The position numbers and the translations under genes are program-made. Below, in pieces: positions 11,839-21,396 of a DNA stretch of 64,000 bases; position 1 is the first letter of the stretch; every line of letters starts with the position of its first letter. The DNA is from Gammaproteobacteria bacterium. Lineage in GTDB: Bacteria > Pseudomonadota > Gammaproteobacteria > JAJPIJ01. The stretch lies in NCBI GenBank assembly GCA_021324815.1, contig JAJPIJ010000042.1, positions 9,505 to 73,504 on the forward strand, read 5' to 3'. Below the pieces are notes generated by a model that saw only the letters and a program-made list of their open reading frames with translations, did not search any database and had not been told where the DNA came from.

Positions 11839-12708
11839 ATGTCCAATCCAACCATGACCAAATCCGGAACATCCGCCGAGCGGCCTTACCTCGGTTTCGG
11901 ACTGGGACTGCGTCCCGATCACTACGAAACCATTCTGAACGAACGCCCGGCCGTGGACTGGTTCGAGATCATTTCCGAGAACTACATGGTGGACGGCGGC
12001 AAGCCGTTGCATATGCTCGATCGCATCCGCGCCGATTACCCCATGGTCATGCACGGCGTGTCGCTGTCCATCGGCGGCAGCGATCCGCTGGACCGCGAAT
12101 ACCTGAAGCGGCTCAAGGCGCTGGCCGCGCGCGTCGAGCCGCGCTGGATTTCCGATCATTTGTGCTGGACCGGCCTCGACGGGAAAAACATGCACGACCT
12201 GCTGCCGCTGCCCTACACCGCGGAGGCGGTGGCGCACGTCGCCGCGCGCGTGCGGGAGGTGCAGGATTTTCTCGGCCGGCGCATTCTGTTGGAGAACGTG
12301 TCGAGTTACGTCACCTACAAACACTCGACGATGAGCGAATGGGAATTTCTGGCGGCGATCGCCGCGCGCGCCGACTGCCTCATCCTGCTCGATGTCAACA
12401 ACATCTACGTGAGCGCGCACAACCACGGCTTCGACCCGCACGATTTTCTCCGCGGCATCCCGCCGGAGCGGGTCTGGCAGTTCCATCTTGCCGGACATTC
12501 CCATGACGGCCCCCTCATCGTGGACACGCACGATCACTCCATCATCGATCCGGTGTGGGAGCTCTACCGCGCCGCCGTGCGCCGCTTCGGGCGCGTCTCC
12601 ACCATGATCGAGCGCGACGATCACATCCCGCCGCTGGCGGAGCTGCTGGCGGAACTCGATCACGCCCGCCGCATCGCCGCGCCGGTGCTGGCGGAGCTGG
12701 CCGCATGA
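11839..12708 (+). CDS. MNIO family (DUF692) multinuclear iron oxidative RiPP maturase, BufB/HvfB-like
   Basis: [56 protein letters not shown]. Confidence 0.92.
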   Translation: MSNPTMTKSGTSAERPYLGFGLGLRPDHYETILNERPAVDWFEIISENYMVDGGKPLHMLDRIRADYPMVMHGVSLSIGGSDPLDREYLKRLKALAARVEPRWISDHLCWTGLDGKNMHDLLPLPYTAEAVAHVAARVREVQDFLGRRILLENVSSYVTYKHSTMSEWEFLAAIAARADCLILLDVNNIYVSAHNHGFDPHDFLRGIPPERVWQFHLAGHSHDGPLIVDTHDHSIIDPVWELYRAAVRRFGRVSTMIERDDHIPPLAELLAELDHARRIAAPVLAELAA

Positions 12709-13487
12709 CCGCATTGCGACGGCTGCAGGAGGATTTCCAGTCCTATCTGCTGGAAGGCCGCACCGCCGTCGAAACGCGGGTGGTCGATGCGCCGCCGGCA
12801 TCCGCCGCCGAGCGGCTGGCGGTGTACGGCCATGCCTACCGCGCGCGGCTGGTTGAGGCCCTGGGCAAGGATTTTCCCGTGCTCAAGACATTGTTCGGTG
12901 ACGAGGAGTTTCAGGCCATGGGGGCAGCCTACGTCGCGGCTCATCCCTCGCGCCATCCCTCCATTCGCTGGTTCGGGCGTCATCTCGCCGGCTTCTTGCG
13001 TGACAACGATCCCTACCGCTTCCGGCCGGCGCTGGCGGAGATCGCGGCCTTCGAATGGGCGCAGGGCGAGGTCTTCGACGGTTTGGATGCGCCGGCGGTG
13101 ACCGTCGAGGCGATGGCCGCAATCCCGCCGCCACGGTGGGCGGCGCTGCGGCTGGGTTTCCAGCCCACGCTGCGGCAGTTGGAGCTGTACTGGAACGTTC
13201 CCGCGCTGGTGCAGGCGGCGCAGAAACAAGAGTCGTTGCCGGCGCCCGAACGAAGCGATGCGCCGGTCCGCTGGCTTTTATGGCGGCGGGAGTTGCTCAT
13301 CTACTGGCGTTCCATCCCCGATGACGAACGTTGGGGTCTCGATCTGTGCCGGCGCGGCGGCACGTTCGGCGAACTGTGCGAATTTTTGAGCAAGCGCACG
13401 GCGGCGGAGGAGACTCCGGCGCGGGCGGCCGGCATGCTCAAACAGTGGCTCACGGACGGCTTGGTGTGCCGTCTGAATCTTGATTGA
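12705..13487 (+). CDS. DUF2063 MNIO partner protein (BufC/HvfC-like)
   Basis: ATGA overlap with DUF692; [34 protein letters not shown]. Confidence 0.85.
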   Translation: MTALRRLQEDFQSYLLEGRTAVETRVVDAPPASAAERLAVYGHAYRARLVEALGKDFPVLKTLFGDEEFQAMGAAYVAAHPSRHPSIRWFGRHLAGFLRDNDPYRFRPALAEIAAFEWAQGEVFDGLDAPAVTVEAMAAIPPPRWAALRLGFQPTLRQLELYWNVPALVQAAQKQESLPAPERSDAPVRWLLWRRELLIYWRSIPDDERWGLDLCRRGGTFGELCEFLSKRTAAEETPARAAGMLKQWLTDGLVCRLNLD

Positions 13488-14079
13488 CCCGGGTCTTGCG
13501 CTCGTAGGCGATCCGTCGCGATTGCCAGTCGTACGCCGCCTCGATGCGCGCGGTTGCCGTGGTGAAGAGATCATCGCCCGCGCCGTACTCCCGCAACAAC
13601 CGCTCTTCCGCGGCCGCGTTGGTTTCCAGCGCGCCATCCGCGAGGATGTGTTGGATGGGCAGTGCCCCATCCCGCAACTGGCGCGTCACCAGAATCATGC
13701 GGTGACAGGTGATCGGATCGCGCTCCGCGCACAGCAGCGCGGCGCGCTCCGACCCGGCATAGGTGATCAACTCCGCCAGCCCGCGCCGGAACGCCGTGGT
13801 GGCTGCGAGGCGCGAATACACCACCCCGCCGTCCTGATAGCACGAGGCATCCCTTGTTCTGGCGCCCAGCGCATCGCCCATGAAGCGATAATGGATGCGT
13901 GCCTGTGCCAGGTTCTTCTGCAACGCTTCGCGGCGGTATTGCGGGTGACGCCGGCTGTAGGGTGACGAGCGGGCGTCACAGATCAGCGTGATCCGGTGCC
14001 GGCGCAGCAGTTCCAGGAAATAATCCCACGGATGGTTGGAATGGCCGGCGGTGAAGAGACCGGCGGTGGCTGAAGCCAT
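13450..14079 (-). CDS. DUF488 domain protein
   Basis: [34 protein letters not shown]. Confidence 0.85.
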   Translation of the reverse strand: MASATAGLFTAGHSNHPWDYFLELLRRHRITLICDARSSPYSRRHPQYRREALQKNLAQARIHYRFMGDALGARTRDASCYQDGGVVYSRLAATTAFRRGLAELITYAGSERAALLCAERDPITCHRMILVTRQLRDGALPIQHILADGALETNAAAEERLLREYGAGDDLFTTATARIEAAYDWQSRRIAYERKTRVNQDSDGTPSRP

Positions 14080-14143
14080 GGCGTATGTTCGGCGGGCTAA
14101 TCAGGCGGCGTATGATGGCCTCTTTCGACCAGGAGGGCACAAC

Positions 14144-14548
14144 ATGGGTTTCATTGAGGAATTCAGAGAATTCGCCGTCAAGGGCAACGTCGTGGACATG
14201 GCGGTCGGCATCGTCGTCGGCGCGGCCTTCGGCAAGATCGTTTCCTCATTCGTCGGCGACGTCCTGATGCCGCCCATCGGCCTGCTGCTCGGCGGCGTCG
14301 ATTTCACCGGACTCAAGATCACGCTCAAACAGGCGGCCGGCGGAACGCCGGCGGTGACGCTCAATTACGGCAGCTTCATCCAGACCGTGGTGGACTTCAC
14401 CATCATCGCCTTTGCCATCTTTCTGCTCGTCAAGGCCGTCAACCGGCTCAAACGCACGGACGAGCAGGCGCCCGCCGCACCGGCGCCGACCCATGAGGAA
14501 AAGCTGCTGGCCGAGATCCGCGATCTGCTCAAGAAAGGCGGCTCGTAA
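14144..14548 (+). CDS. mscL: Large-conductance mechanosensitive channel
   Basis: [35 protein letters not shown] before 14144. Confidence 0.97.
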   Translation: MGFIEEFREFAVKGNVVDMAVGIVVGAAFGKIVSSFVGDVLMPPIGLLLGGVDFTGLKITLKQAAGGTPAVTLNYGSFIQTVVDFTIIAFAIFLLVKAVNRLKRTDEQAPAAPAPTHEEKLLAEIRDLLKKGGS

Positions 14549-14613
14549 CCCCTGCATTGCCCGAATATTGAAGAAACGGCTCGCGGCAGTTCACGGGAGG
14601 GTCTCGCCAACGG

Positions 14614-14712
14614 CTATTTTTTCTTGGGCGTGGGACGTTTGTGCGGGCGGGTTTTGCCATAGCTGCCCCTGAATAATTTGCCGCGACGGGTGCTTCGGTC
14701 ACCTTTGCCCAT
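14614..14712 (-). CDS. thx: 30S ribosomal protein Thx (bTHX), 32 aa; not in the ORF track
   Basis: Hand translation [32 protein letters not shown]; fits the Thx pattern MGKGDxxTxRGKxxxGSYGxxRP; GGGAGG RBS upstream. Confidence 0.92.
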   Translation of the reverse strand: MGKGDRSTRRGKLFRGSYGKTRPHKRPTPKKK

Positions 14713-14729
14713 GAGAGTCCTCCCGATGG

Positions 14730-14945
14730 TTAATTGACGGCGCAGGAACCGGGCGCGTTGCCACAGCGCCCGCAGACTTCATCGCCGGATGATTCAACGC
14801 CGCTGCCGCCGCCGACGGCAAAGGCGGACATCTGCCTGCGCAGCGCCCGGCCGCCGCAGCCGGGGCATTGCGCCTCGGCATCCGTGCGTACCAATGTTTC
14901 GAACTGGCAGCCGCAATGGTCGCATTTGTATTCGTGGATGGGCAT
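14730..14945 (-). CDS. FmdB-family zinc-ribbon protein
   Basis: [14 protein letters not shown]...[14 protein letters not shown] with a Cys-rich tail. Confidence 0.85.
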   Translation of the reverse strand: MPIHEYKCDHCGCQFETLVRTDAEAQCPGCGGRALRRQMSAFAVGGGSGVESSGDEVCGRCGNAPGSCAVN

Positions 14946-15023
14946 GGGCCTTGAGGCTTTCCGCAGTTTCCAATTTTTTTATCCTAACCCCGCCGCGTCG
15001 TCATGTGAATCCGGGAACATTCC

Positions 15024-15071
15024 CGCACAAAAGCGTGGCATCCCGCCCGCCGACAACACCATTTCGGTGCG
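15024..15071 (+). promoter_or_regulatory. Putative tandem NtrC-type enhancer sites
   Basis: CGCACAAAAGCGTGGCA (15024-40) and AACACCATTTCGGTGCG (15055-71), 31 bp apart, resembling TGCACC-N5-GGTGCA. Confidence 0.55.
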
Positions 15072-15125
15072 TTAAGCCAGCCAAGCGCGTTATTTAATTA
15101 CATGAATAATCAATGAGATGTAAAT

Positions 15126-15141
15126 TGGCTTGGATATTGCA
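15126..15141 (+). promoter_or_regulatory. Sigma54 (-24/-12) promoter of porin-nasT-nasS
   Basis: TGGCTTGGATATTGCA with exact GG-N10-GC spacing; AT-rich IHF-like AATCAATGAGATG just upstream. Confidence 0.75.
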
Positions 15142-15162
15142 ATGCAGCAACCTGAAGTTCCT

Positions 15163-15195
15163 GCCTGATGAAGGGCCGAGATCGCAAAGAAGCGA
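15163..15195 (+). promoter_or_regulatory. Candidate ANTAR dual-hairpin RNA motif
   Basis: GCCT-GATGAA-GGGC and TCGC-AAAGAA-GCGA: two hexaloops with G at position 4, 5-nt linker. Confidence 0.5.
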
Positions 15196-15278
15196 CGATT
15201 TACTCAACAACCACTGAATCCGCGTCCGCGGAGAGGAGGTTGCCATGAATAAATTTCACATTGAAAGGAAGGAATTTT

Positions 15279-16673
15279 ATGGCTCTTCATGGCATGGCCC
15301 GCTTGGGGGCGCATGTGTGGTGCAGGCGGGTGGTCGCGTGCAGTCTTCTGATGATGGTGGTCGACAGGGTTCGCGCGGATGATCTCTGGGGGGCGTTGAC
15401 CGGTGGCAAGCCGGATTTGTATCTGCGCTATCGTTACGAGCAGGTCCATGACGGGCAGACGCCGTCGCTCAAGGACGCCTATGCCAACACGCTGCGCACC
15501 GCGCTGGGCTACAACACGGGGCTGTATCACGATTTCGGCGCCTATGTGCAATTTCAGGATGTGCGCGTGATTGGCAATGATCATCTTTTCAACGACGGCG
15601 GCATCAACGGCGTGACCCACCGCGCCACGGTGGTCGATCCGGAGCAGACCGAACTGCACCAGGCCAACTTGCGTTACCGCGGCCTGCCGAAGACGACGCT
15701 GATCCTGGGCCGGCAGGAAATCCTGGATCACGGCCAGCCGCCCTTCAACCGTTACCTCGGCAACGTCCTGTGGCGGCAGAACTGGCAGAGTTTCGACGCC
15801 TTGCGCGCCGTCAACCAATCCCTGCCCGCAACCAAGATTGACTATGCCTACATCTGGAACGTCAACCGCGTCTTCGGCCAGGACAATCCAATCCCGGACC
15901 GCGCCAACTTCCGGATGGACAGCCACGCCGTGGACATCACCTACTCCGGTTTCACCTGGGGCACTTTCTATCCCTATGCCTACCTGCTGGATTTCGACAG
16001 CGATGTTGCGGCCACGCAGGTGATGACCACCGCCACGTATGGGTTGCGCTTCTCTGGCGCCTACGATCTCGTCACCCAGGCCGCCAAGATTCTCTACACC
16101 GGCGAGTTCGCGCACCAGCAGGACTGGCGCGGCAATCCCGTCAAGGTCGACGAAAATTACTACCTCGGCGAGCTGGGCTTTTCCAAGCTGTTCAACAATC
16201 CCGCGTTTCAATCGGTGACGATCAAGGGCAGCTACGAGGTGCTGGAAGGCGGCGGCCCCGCAACCGTCACCATCGGCAAGACCACCTCGACGGTCGCCGT
16301 CGCCTTCCAGACGCCGTTGGGGACGAACCACGCCTACCAGGGCTGGGCGGATCGCTTCCTCATCACGCCGAAGGACGGCGTGAACGATCTTTACGGCACC
16401 ATGAGCGCGCAGGTGTACGGCGCCAATCTGGCGGTCGTCTACCATGATCTTTCCGCCAACAATCTGGAGTATGACTACGGCACGGAGTGGGATCTGCAGC
16501 TCACCCGCACGTTCGGCGAGCATTACACCTTCGGCCTGAAATATGCGGATTACAACGCCGACCGGAACGCCACCAACCTGGCCCGCAACGCGCCGAAAAA
16601 CACCGCCACCGACCAGTTCAAACAGGCCTTCGATCTGACCAAGTTCTGGGCCTGGATCGAGGTCAAATTCTGA
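15279..16673 (+). CDS. Alginate-export (AlgE-like) outer membrane beta-barrel, probable nitrate-associated porin
   Basis: LRYRYEQV, LGRQEI, GNVLWRQNWQSFDA, FQTPLGTNHAYQGWADRF, C-terminal WIEVKF; start uncertain. Confidence 0.82.
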   Translation: MALHGMARLGAHVWCRRVVACSLLMMVVDRVRADDLWGALTGGKPDLYLRYRYEQVHDGQTPSLKDAYANTLRTALGYNTGLYHDFGAYVQFQDVRVIGNDHLFNDGGINGVTHRATVVDPEQTELHQANLRYRGLPKTTLILGRQEILDHGQPPFNRYLGNVLWRQNWQSFDALRAVNQSLPATKIDYAYIWNVNRVFGQDNPIPDRANFRMDSHAVDITYSGFTWGTFYPYAYLLDFDSDVAATQVMTTATYGLRFSGAYDLVTQAAKILYTGEFAHQQDWRGNPVKVDENYYLGELGFSKLFNNPAFQSVTIKGSYEVLEGGGPATVTIGKTTSTVAVAFQTPLGTNHAYQGWADRFLITPKDGVNDLYGTMSAQVYGANLAVVYHDLSANNLEYDYGTEWDLQLTRTFGEHYTFGLKYADYNADRNATNLARNAPKNTATDQFKQAFDLTKFWAWIEVKF

Positions 16674-16681
16674 GGGTTCAA

Positions 16682-17308
16682 ATGCCGGCGATGCCACGAC
16701 CCACCGAGCAGGCGGTGACCGAACAGCAGCGGCCGCTGCGCGTCATGCTGGTCGACGATTATCCGGAGCGGGCGGAGGTGCTGGAGCGCGCCTTGACCGC
16801 CTCCAGCCACCAGATCGTCGCCCGCCTGGGCAGCGGCGCCAACCTGCGCGCGGAGGTGACCCGTCTCGCCCCCGACGTGGTCATCATCGACCTCGATTCG
16901 GCGGATCGCGACATCCTCGAGGACATGCACGCCATCAATCGCGAGCAGCCGCGGCCGGTGGTGATGTTCACCCGCGATGACGACCCGGCGCTGATCAAGA
17001 GCGCCGTGCACGCGGGGGTGAGCGCCTACGTGGTCGGCGGCCTCGACCCGCGGCGGGTGCTGCCGATCCTGAACGTCGCCATCGCCCGCTTCGAGCAGTT
17101 CCAGGCGTTGCAGCGCGAGCTGGACGACGCGCGCACGGCGCTGGCCGAGCGTAAATGCATCGAGCGCGCCAAGGGCATCCTCATGAAGCAGCGGCGGATG
17201 GATGAGGAGGCCGCCTACGCCGCCATGCGCAAGATGGCCATGGATCGCAACCTCAAGCTGGTGGACCTGGCCCGCAGCCTGATCGCGGCGGCGGATCTGC
17301 TGGTATGA
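16682..17308 (+). CDS. nasT: ANTAR-domain response regulator (nitrate antiterminator)
   Basis: REC-like N-terminus (PDVVIID, AGVSAYVV) and ANTAR domain (ERKCIERAKGILM..EEAAYAAMRKMAMD); start 16682 or 16691. Confidence 0.9.
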   Translation: MPAMPRPTEQAVTEQQRPLRVMLVDDYPERAEVLERALTASSHQIVARLGSGANLRAEVTRLAPDVVIIDLDSADRDILEDMHAINREQPRPVVMFTRDDDPALIKSAVHAGVSAYVVGGLDPRRVLPILNVAIARFEQFQALQRELDDARTALAERKCIERAKGILMKQRRMDEEAAYAAMRKMAMDRNLKLVDLARSLIAAADLLV

Positions 17309-17321
17309 AAGGACCACGGGC

Positions 17322-18590
17322 ATGAGCGGCGGATCCGCCGGCAATGCGCCGCCGCGGCCGCGGGCGACGGTGACGCCGCTGCGGCCGAGATTGCGGACGG
17401 CCCTGCGCGTCGGCGGCTCGGATGCGCCCGAACGGCGCGAGGTGACCGTCGGTTTCATCCCACTCACGGATTGCGCGCCCATCGCCGTGGCCTCGGCGCT
17501 GGGATTCGACCGCAAGCACGGAATTGTCATCCGGCCGCGGCGGGAAGGCTCGTGGGCCGCGGTGCGCGACAAGCTGGTGAACGGCGCCATCGACGTCGCC
17601 CACAGTCTCTACGGCCTTATTTACGGCATACAGCTCGGCATCGGCGGAACGCGCCATGACATGGCGGTGCTGATGACGTTGAACCAAAACGGCCAGGCGA
17701 TCACGCTCGGCAATCACCTGCGCGACGCCGGCGTCACCGATGCCGTCGCGCTGGCGCGGCACATCGCCGGCCGGCGCGGCGAACTGGTGTTCGCCCACAC
17801 CTTTCCCACCGGCACGCACGCCATGTGGCTGTATTACTGGCTGGCGGCGCACGGCATCGATCCGCTCGCGGACGTGCAGACGCTCACCGTCCCGCCGCCG
17901 CAGATGGTCACCCAGCTCCGCTTGTCGGACATCGACGGCTACAGCGCCGGCGAGCCGTGGAACGCGCACGCGGTGCAGGAGGGCGTGGGATTCACCGTCG
18001 CCACCTCGCAGCAGGTGTGGCCGGATCACCCGGAGAAGGTGCTGGCCGCCACCGCCGACTTCGCGCGCCAGAACCCGAACACCGCGCGGGCGCTGGTGAT
18101 GGCCCTGCTGGAGGCGGCGCGTTACATCGACAATCCCGCGCACCATGAGATGGTGGCGCACGTGCTGGCCGCGCGCGGCTGCATCAACACCGACACCGGC
18201 CTGCTGCTGCCGCGACTGCGGGGTGACTACAAGGACGGCCTCGGCCGCCGCTGGCACGACGGGCGGGCGGTGCGGTTCCACGGCGACGGCAGCGTCAACT
18301 ATCCGTATCTGTCGGACGGCATGTGGTTCATCACCCAGCACCGGCGCTGGGGACTGCTGCGGCAGGATCCGGACTATCTGGCGATCGCGCAACAGGTGAA
18401 CCGCATCGATCTGTACGCGCAGGCGGCCGCGGCCGTCGGCGTGCCGCTGCCGTCGTCACCGTTGCGCAGTTCGACGCTGATCGACGGGCGGTTCTGGAAC
18501 GGCGGTGACCCGGCGGCTTACGCCCGCGGCTTTCCCATCATGGCGGCGGTGCGGGTCGGACAAGTCTCATCCAAAAGCGCCCATGACTGA
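17322..18590 (+). CDS. nasS: NrtA/CmpA-like cytoplasmic nitrate sensor
   Basis: GFIPLTDCAP, SWAAVRD, TFPTGTHAMWLYYWLA, GEPWN, HPEKVL; no signal peptide; follows nasT. Confidence 0.85.
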   Translation: MSGGSAGNAPPRPRATVTPLRPRLRTALRVGGSDAPERREVTVGFIPLTDCAPIAVASALGFDRKHGIVIRPRREGSWAAVRDKLVNGAIDVAHSLYGLIYGIQLGIGGTRHDMAVLMTLNQNGQAITLGNHLRDAGVTDAVALARHIAGRRGELVFAHTFPTGTHAMWLYYWLAAHGIDPLADVQTLTVPPPQMVTQLRLSDIDGYSAGEPWNAHAVQEGVGFTVATSQQVWPDHPEKVLAATADFARQNPNTARALVMALLEAARYIDNPAHHEMVAHVLAARGCINTDTGLLLPRLRGDYKDGLGRRWHDGRAVRFHGDGSVNYPYLSDGMWFITQHRRWGLLRQDPDYLAIAQQVNRIDLYAQAAAAVGVPLPSSPLRSSTLIDGRFWNGGDPAAYARGFPIMAAVRVGQVSSKSAHD

Positions 18591-18607
18591 TCATTGCGGT
18601 GCTGCAG

Positions 18608-18624
18608 TGCACTGAATCGGTGCA
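18608..18624 (+). promoter_or_regulatory. NtrC binding site
   Basis: TGCACTGAATCGGTGCA, a perfect TGCAC-N7-GTGCA; weaker half-site at 18587-18603. Confidence 0.8.
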
Positions 18625-18687
18625 CCAAGCCACGTGGTGGAAGAGTGCGGAGTAAATAAGGCCTTGTATTTCTGCATGTTGTAATGA

Positions 18688-18703
18688 TGGCAAGGGGTTT
18701 GCA
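18688..18703 (+). promoter_or_regulatory. Sigma54 promoter of nrtABCD-nirBD-nasA
   Basis: TGGCAAGGGGTTTGCA with canonical -24/-12 spacing. Confidence 0.82.
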
Positions 18704-18761
18704 AAGGCGGTAACTCGGAACCGGCAGTGTGTGCACACCGCTGCCGGCACATAGGCTCATC

Positions 18762-18875
18762 ACCCAACGGCGGGTTGTGCGGCTGAAGCGAACGGCGGGG
18801 AAATCCCCGCGGTGTCGCTAGCGGACAAAGGCGTCCGGCAGGTGGCGGAAGGTTCGCCCCCGCCGACGCCTTTTT
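18762..18875 (+). promoter_or_regulatory. NasT/ANTAR antitermination leader with intrinsic terminator
   Basis: Hairpins ACCC-AACGGC-GGGT (18762-75) and CGGAC-AAAGGC-GTCCG (18822-37); the second overlaps terminator stem AAAGGCGTC/GACGCCTTT plus T run (18827-18875). Confidence 0.85.
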
Positions 18876-18912
18876 CATTTGTGACTGAAACCATGAACCG
18901 TAGGAGGATGTG

Positions 18913-20295
18913 ATGAACAAATTGTTTTCAATCGTACCTGGCGCGACCCGCCGTCGCCTCGGGAGACTTTCGTATTTATTGCCGGCCGCGCTGGCCCTGC
19001 TGCTGGGCGCCATGAGCAGCGGCGCGCCGGCGGCGGAAAATGTGGAGAAGGCCGAACTCAAGTTCGGTTTCATCAAGCTGACCGACATGGCGCCGCTCGC
19101 CATCGCCTATGAAAAGGGCTTCTTCGAGGACGAGGGCCTGTACGTGACCCTGGAGGCGCAGGCCAACTGGAAGGTGCTGATTGACCGGGTGATCGACGGC
19201 TCGCTCGACGGCGCCCACATGCTCGCCGGCCAGCCCATCGGCGCGACCATCGGCATCGGCACCCAGGCCGATGTCATTACTCCGTTCAGCATGGACCTGA
19301 ACGGCAACGCCATCACGGTATCGAACGAAATCTGGAATGCGATGAAGGCCAACATCAAGATGGGCGCCGACGGCAAGCCCGAACATCCCATCTCGGCGGC
19401 GGCGCTGAAGCCCGTCGTCGACAAGTACAAGGCCGAGGGCAGGAAGTTCAACATGGGCATGGTGTTCCCGGTGTCCACGCACAATTACGAACTGCGCTAT
19501 TGGCTGGCAGCCGGCGGCATCAATCCGGGCGCCTACTCGCCGACCGACATTTCAGGCCAGATCAACGCCGACGTGTTGTTGTCGGTGACGCCGCCGCCAC
19601 AGATGCCGGCCACGCTGGAGGCGGGCACTATCCTGGGCTATTGCGTGGGCGAACCGTGGAACCAGCAGGCCGTCTTCAAGGGCATCGGCGTGCCCGTCAT
19701 CACCGACTACGAGATCTGGAAGAACAATCCGGAAAAGGTGTTCGGCATGACCCGGGCCTTCGCGGAAAAGTATCCCCGCACCACGATCGCCATCACCAAG
19801 GCGCTGATCCGGGCCGGCATGTGGCTGGATGCCGACAACGGGAAAAACCGCGCCGAGGCGGTGAAGATCCTGTCGCGCCCGGAATACGTCGGCGCCGACG
19901 CCGACGTCATTGCCAACAGCATGACCGGCACCTTCGAGTATGAAAAGGGCGACAAGCGCTCGTTGCCCGACTTCAATGTATTTTTCCGCTACAACGCAAC
20001 CTATCCGTACTACTCCGACGCGGTGTGGTACCTGACCCAGATGCGCCGCTGGGGCCAGATCAGCGAGGCCAAGCCGGATTCCTGGTATGACGAAGTGGCG
20101 AAGAAAGTCTACCGTCCCGACATCTACAAAGCCGCCGCCGAGGCGCTCATCAAGGAGGGCAGGATGAAGGCCGGGGATCTGCCGCAGACCGACGGCTACA
20201 AGCCGCCGACCAGCGCTTTCATCGACGGCATCGAGTACGACGGCAGGAAACCCAACGATTATCTGGCGAAGTTCGCCATCGGCAACAAGAAATAA
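18913..20295 (+). CDS. nrtA: Nitrate/nitrite ABC transporter substrate-binding protein
   Basis: Signal peptide, [43 protein letters not shown]. Confidence 0.93.
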   Translation: MNKLFSIVPGATRRRLGRLSYLLPAALALLLGAMSSGAPAAENVEKAELKFGFIKLTDMAPLAIAYEKGFFEDEGLYVTLEAQANWKVLIDRVIDGSLDGAHMLAGQPIGATIGIGTQADVITPFSMDLNGNAITVSNEIWNAMKANIKMGADGKPEHPISAAALKPVVDKYKAEGRKFNMGMVFPVSTHNYELRYWLAAGGINPGAYSPTDISGQINADVLLSVTPPPQMPATLEAGTILGYCVGEPWNQQAVFKGIGVPVITDYEIWKNNPEKVFGMTRAFAEKYPRTTIAITKALIRAGMWLDADNGKNRAEAVKILSRPEYVGADADVIANSMTGTFEYEKGDKRSLPDFNVFFRYNATYPYYSDAVWYLTQMRRWGQISEAKPDSWYDEVAKKVYRPDIYKAAAEALIKEGRMKAGDLPQTDGYKPPTSAFIDGIEYDGRKPNDYLAKFAIGNKK

Positions 20296-20357
20296 CCGGA
20301 CGCGCCGCAGAGGAAGATACTCGCGGCCCGGATTGATGCAGTGAGGAGATCGATGAA

Positions 20358-21383
20358 ATGAAGATGAACCTGACACGGCTGGCCCATTTTCTTGACCAGG
20401 CCGGCCTGACCTGGTTCGCGCCGGTCATCCGGTTGTGCGCCGGCGAGGATCCAGGCGCGCAGTTGAAAAGCCTGTGGATGCTGATCGGCGTGCCGCTCGT
20501 GGCGCTGGTGATGTTCCTGGGCTTGTGGAACGCCACCGCCGCCGGCGTGCAGACCAGTCTCGGCGCCATCCCGGGTCCGGCGCAGGTGTGGCGGGAGTTC
20601 CGCAACCTGGTGGAAAGCCATCACGAGGAGCGGGCCAAGGCGCAGGCCTTCTACGACCGGCAGCGGGCGCGCAACGCGGAGCTGCTGGCCCAGGACCCCG
20701 GCGCCAGGGTCGAGATCCGGCCATGGACCGGCAAGCCGACGTTCTTCGATCAGATCCTGACCAGTCTCAAGACGGTGTTCACCGGCTTCCTGCTGGCCTC
20801 GCTGGTGGCGGTGCCGCTCGGCATCCTCTGCGGCACCAGTCGCGTCGTCATGGCGGCGCTGAATCCGCTCATCCAGATATTCAAGCCGGTGTCGCCACTC
20901 GCCTGGCTGCCGATCGTGACCCTGATTGTCAGCGCGGCGTACGCGAGCAACGACGGCTGGGTGCCCAAGTCGTTCATCGTTTCGGCGATCACGGTGACGC
21001 TCTGCTCGCTGTGGCCGACGGTGATCAACACCGCCGTCGGCGTCGCCTCGGTGGACAGGGACCTCATCAACGTCGCGCGCGTGCTGCAACTGTCGTGGAC
21101 CACGCGCATCGTCAGGATCGTCATTCCCTCGGCCCTGCCGCTCATCTTCACCGGCCTGCGCCTGTCGCTGGGCGTGGGCTGGATGGTGCTGATCGCCGCC
21201 GAGATGCTGGCGCAGAATCCGGGCTTGGGCAAGTTCGTGTGGGATGAGTTCCAGAACGGCAGCTCGCAGTCGCTGGGCCGCATCATGGTGGCGGTGCTGA
21301 CCATCGGCCTCATCGGCTTTCTGCTCGACCGCCTCATGCTGACGCTGCAGCAATTGTTCAGCCACGGTGAGCAGCGCTCGTGA
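20358..21383 (+). CDS. nrtB: Nitrate ABC transporter permease
   Basis: [47 protein letters not shown]. Confidence 0.93.
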   Translation: MKMNLTRLAHFLDQAGLTWFAPVIRLCAGEDPGAQLKSLWMLIGVPLVALVMFLGLWNATAAGVQTSLGAIPGPAQVWREFRNLVESHHEERAKAQAFYDRQRARNAELLAQDPGARVEIRPWTGKPTFFDQILTSLKTVFTGFLLASLVAVPLGILCGTSRVVMAALNPLIQIFKPVSPLAWLPIVTLIVSAAYASNDGWVPKSFIVSAITVTLCSLWPTVINTAVGVASVDRDLINVARVLQLSWTTRIVRIVIPSALPLIFTGLRLSLGVGWMVLIAAEMLAQNPGLGKFVWDEFQNGSSQSLGRIMVAVLTIGLIGFLLDRLMLTLQQLFSHGEQRS

Positions 21384-21396
21384 GCGGCCGTCCGGG

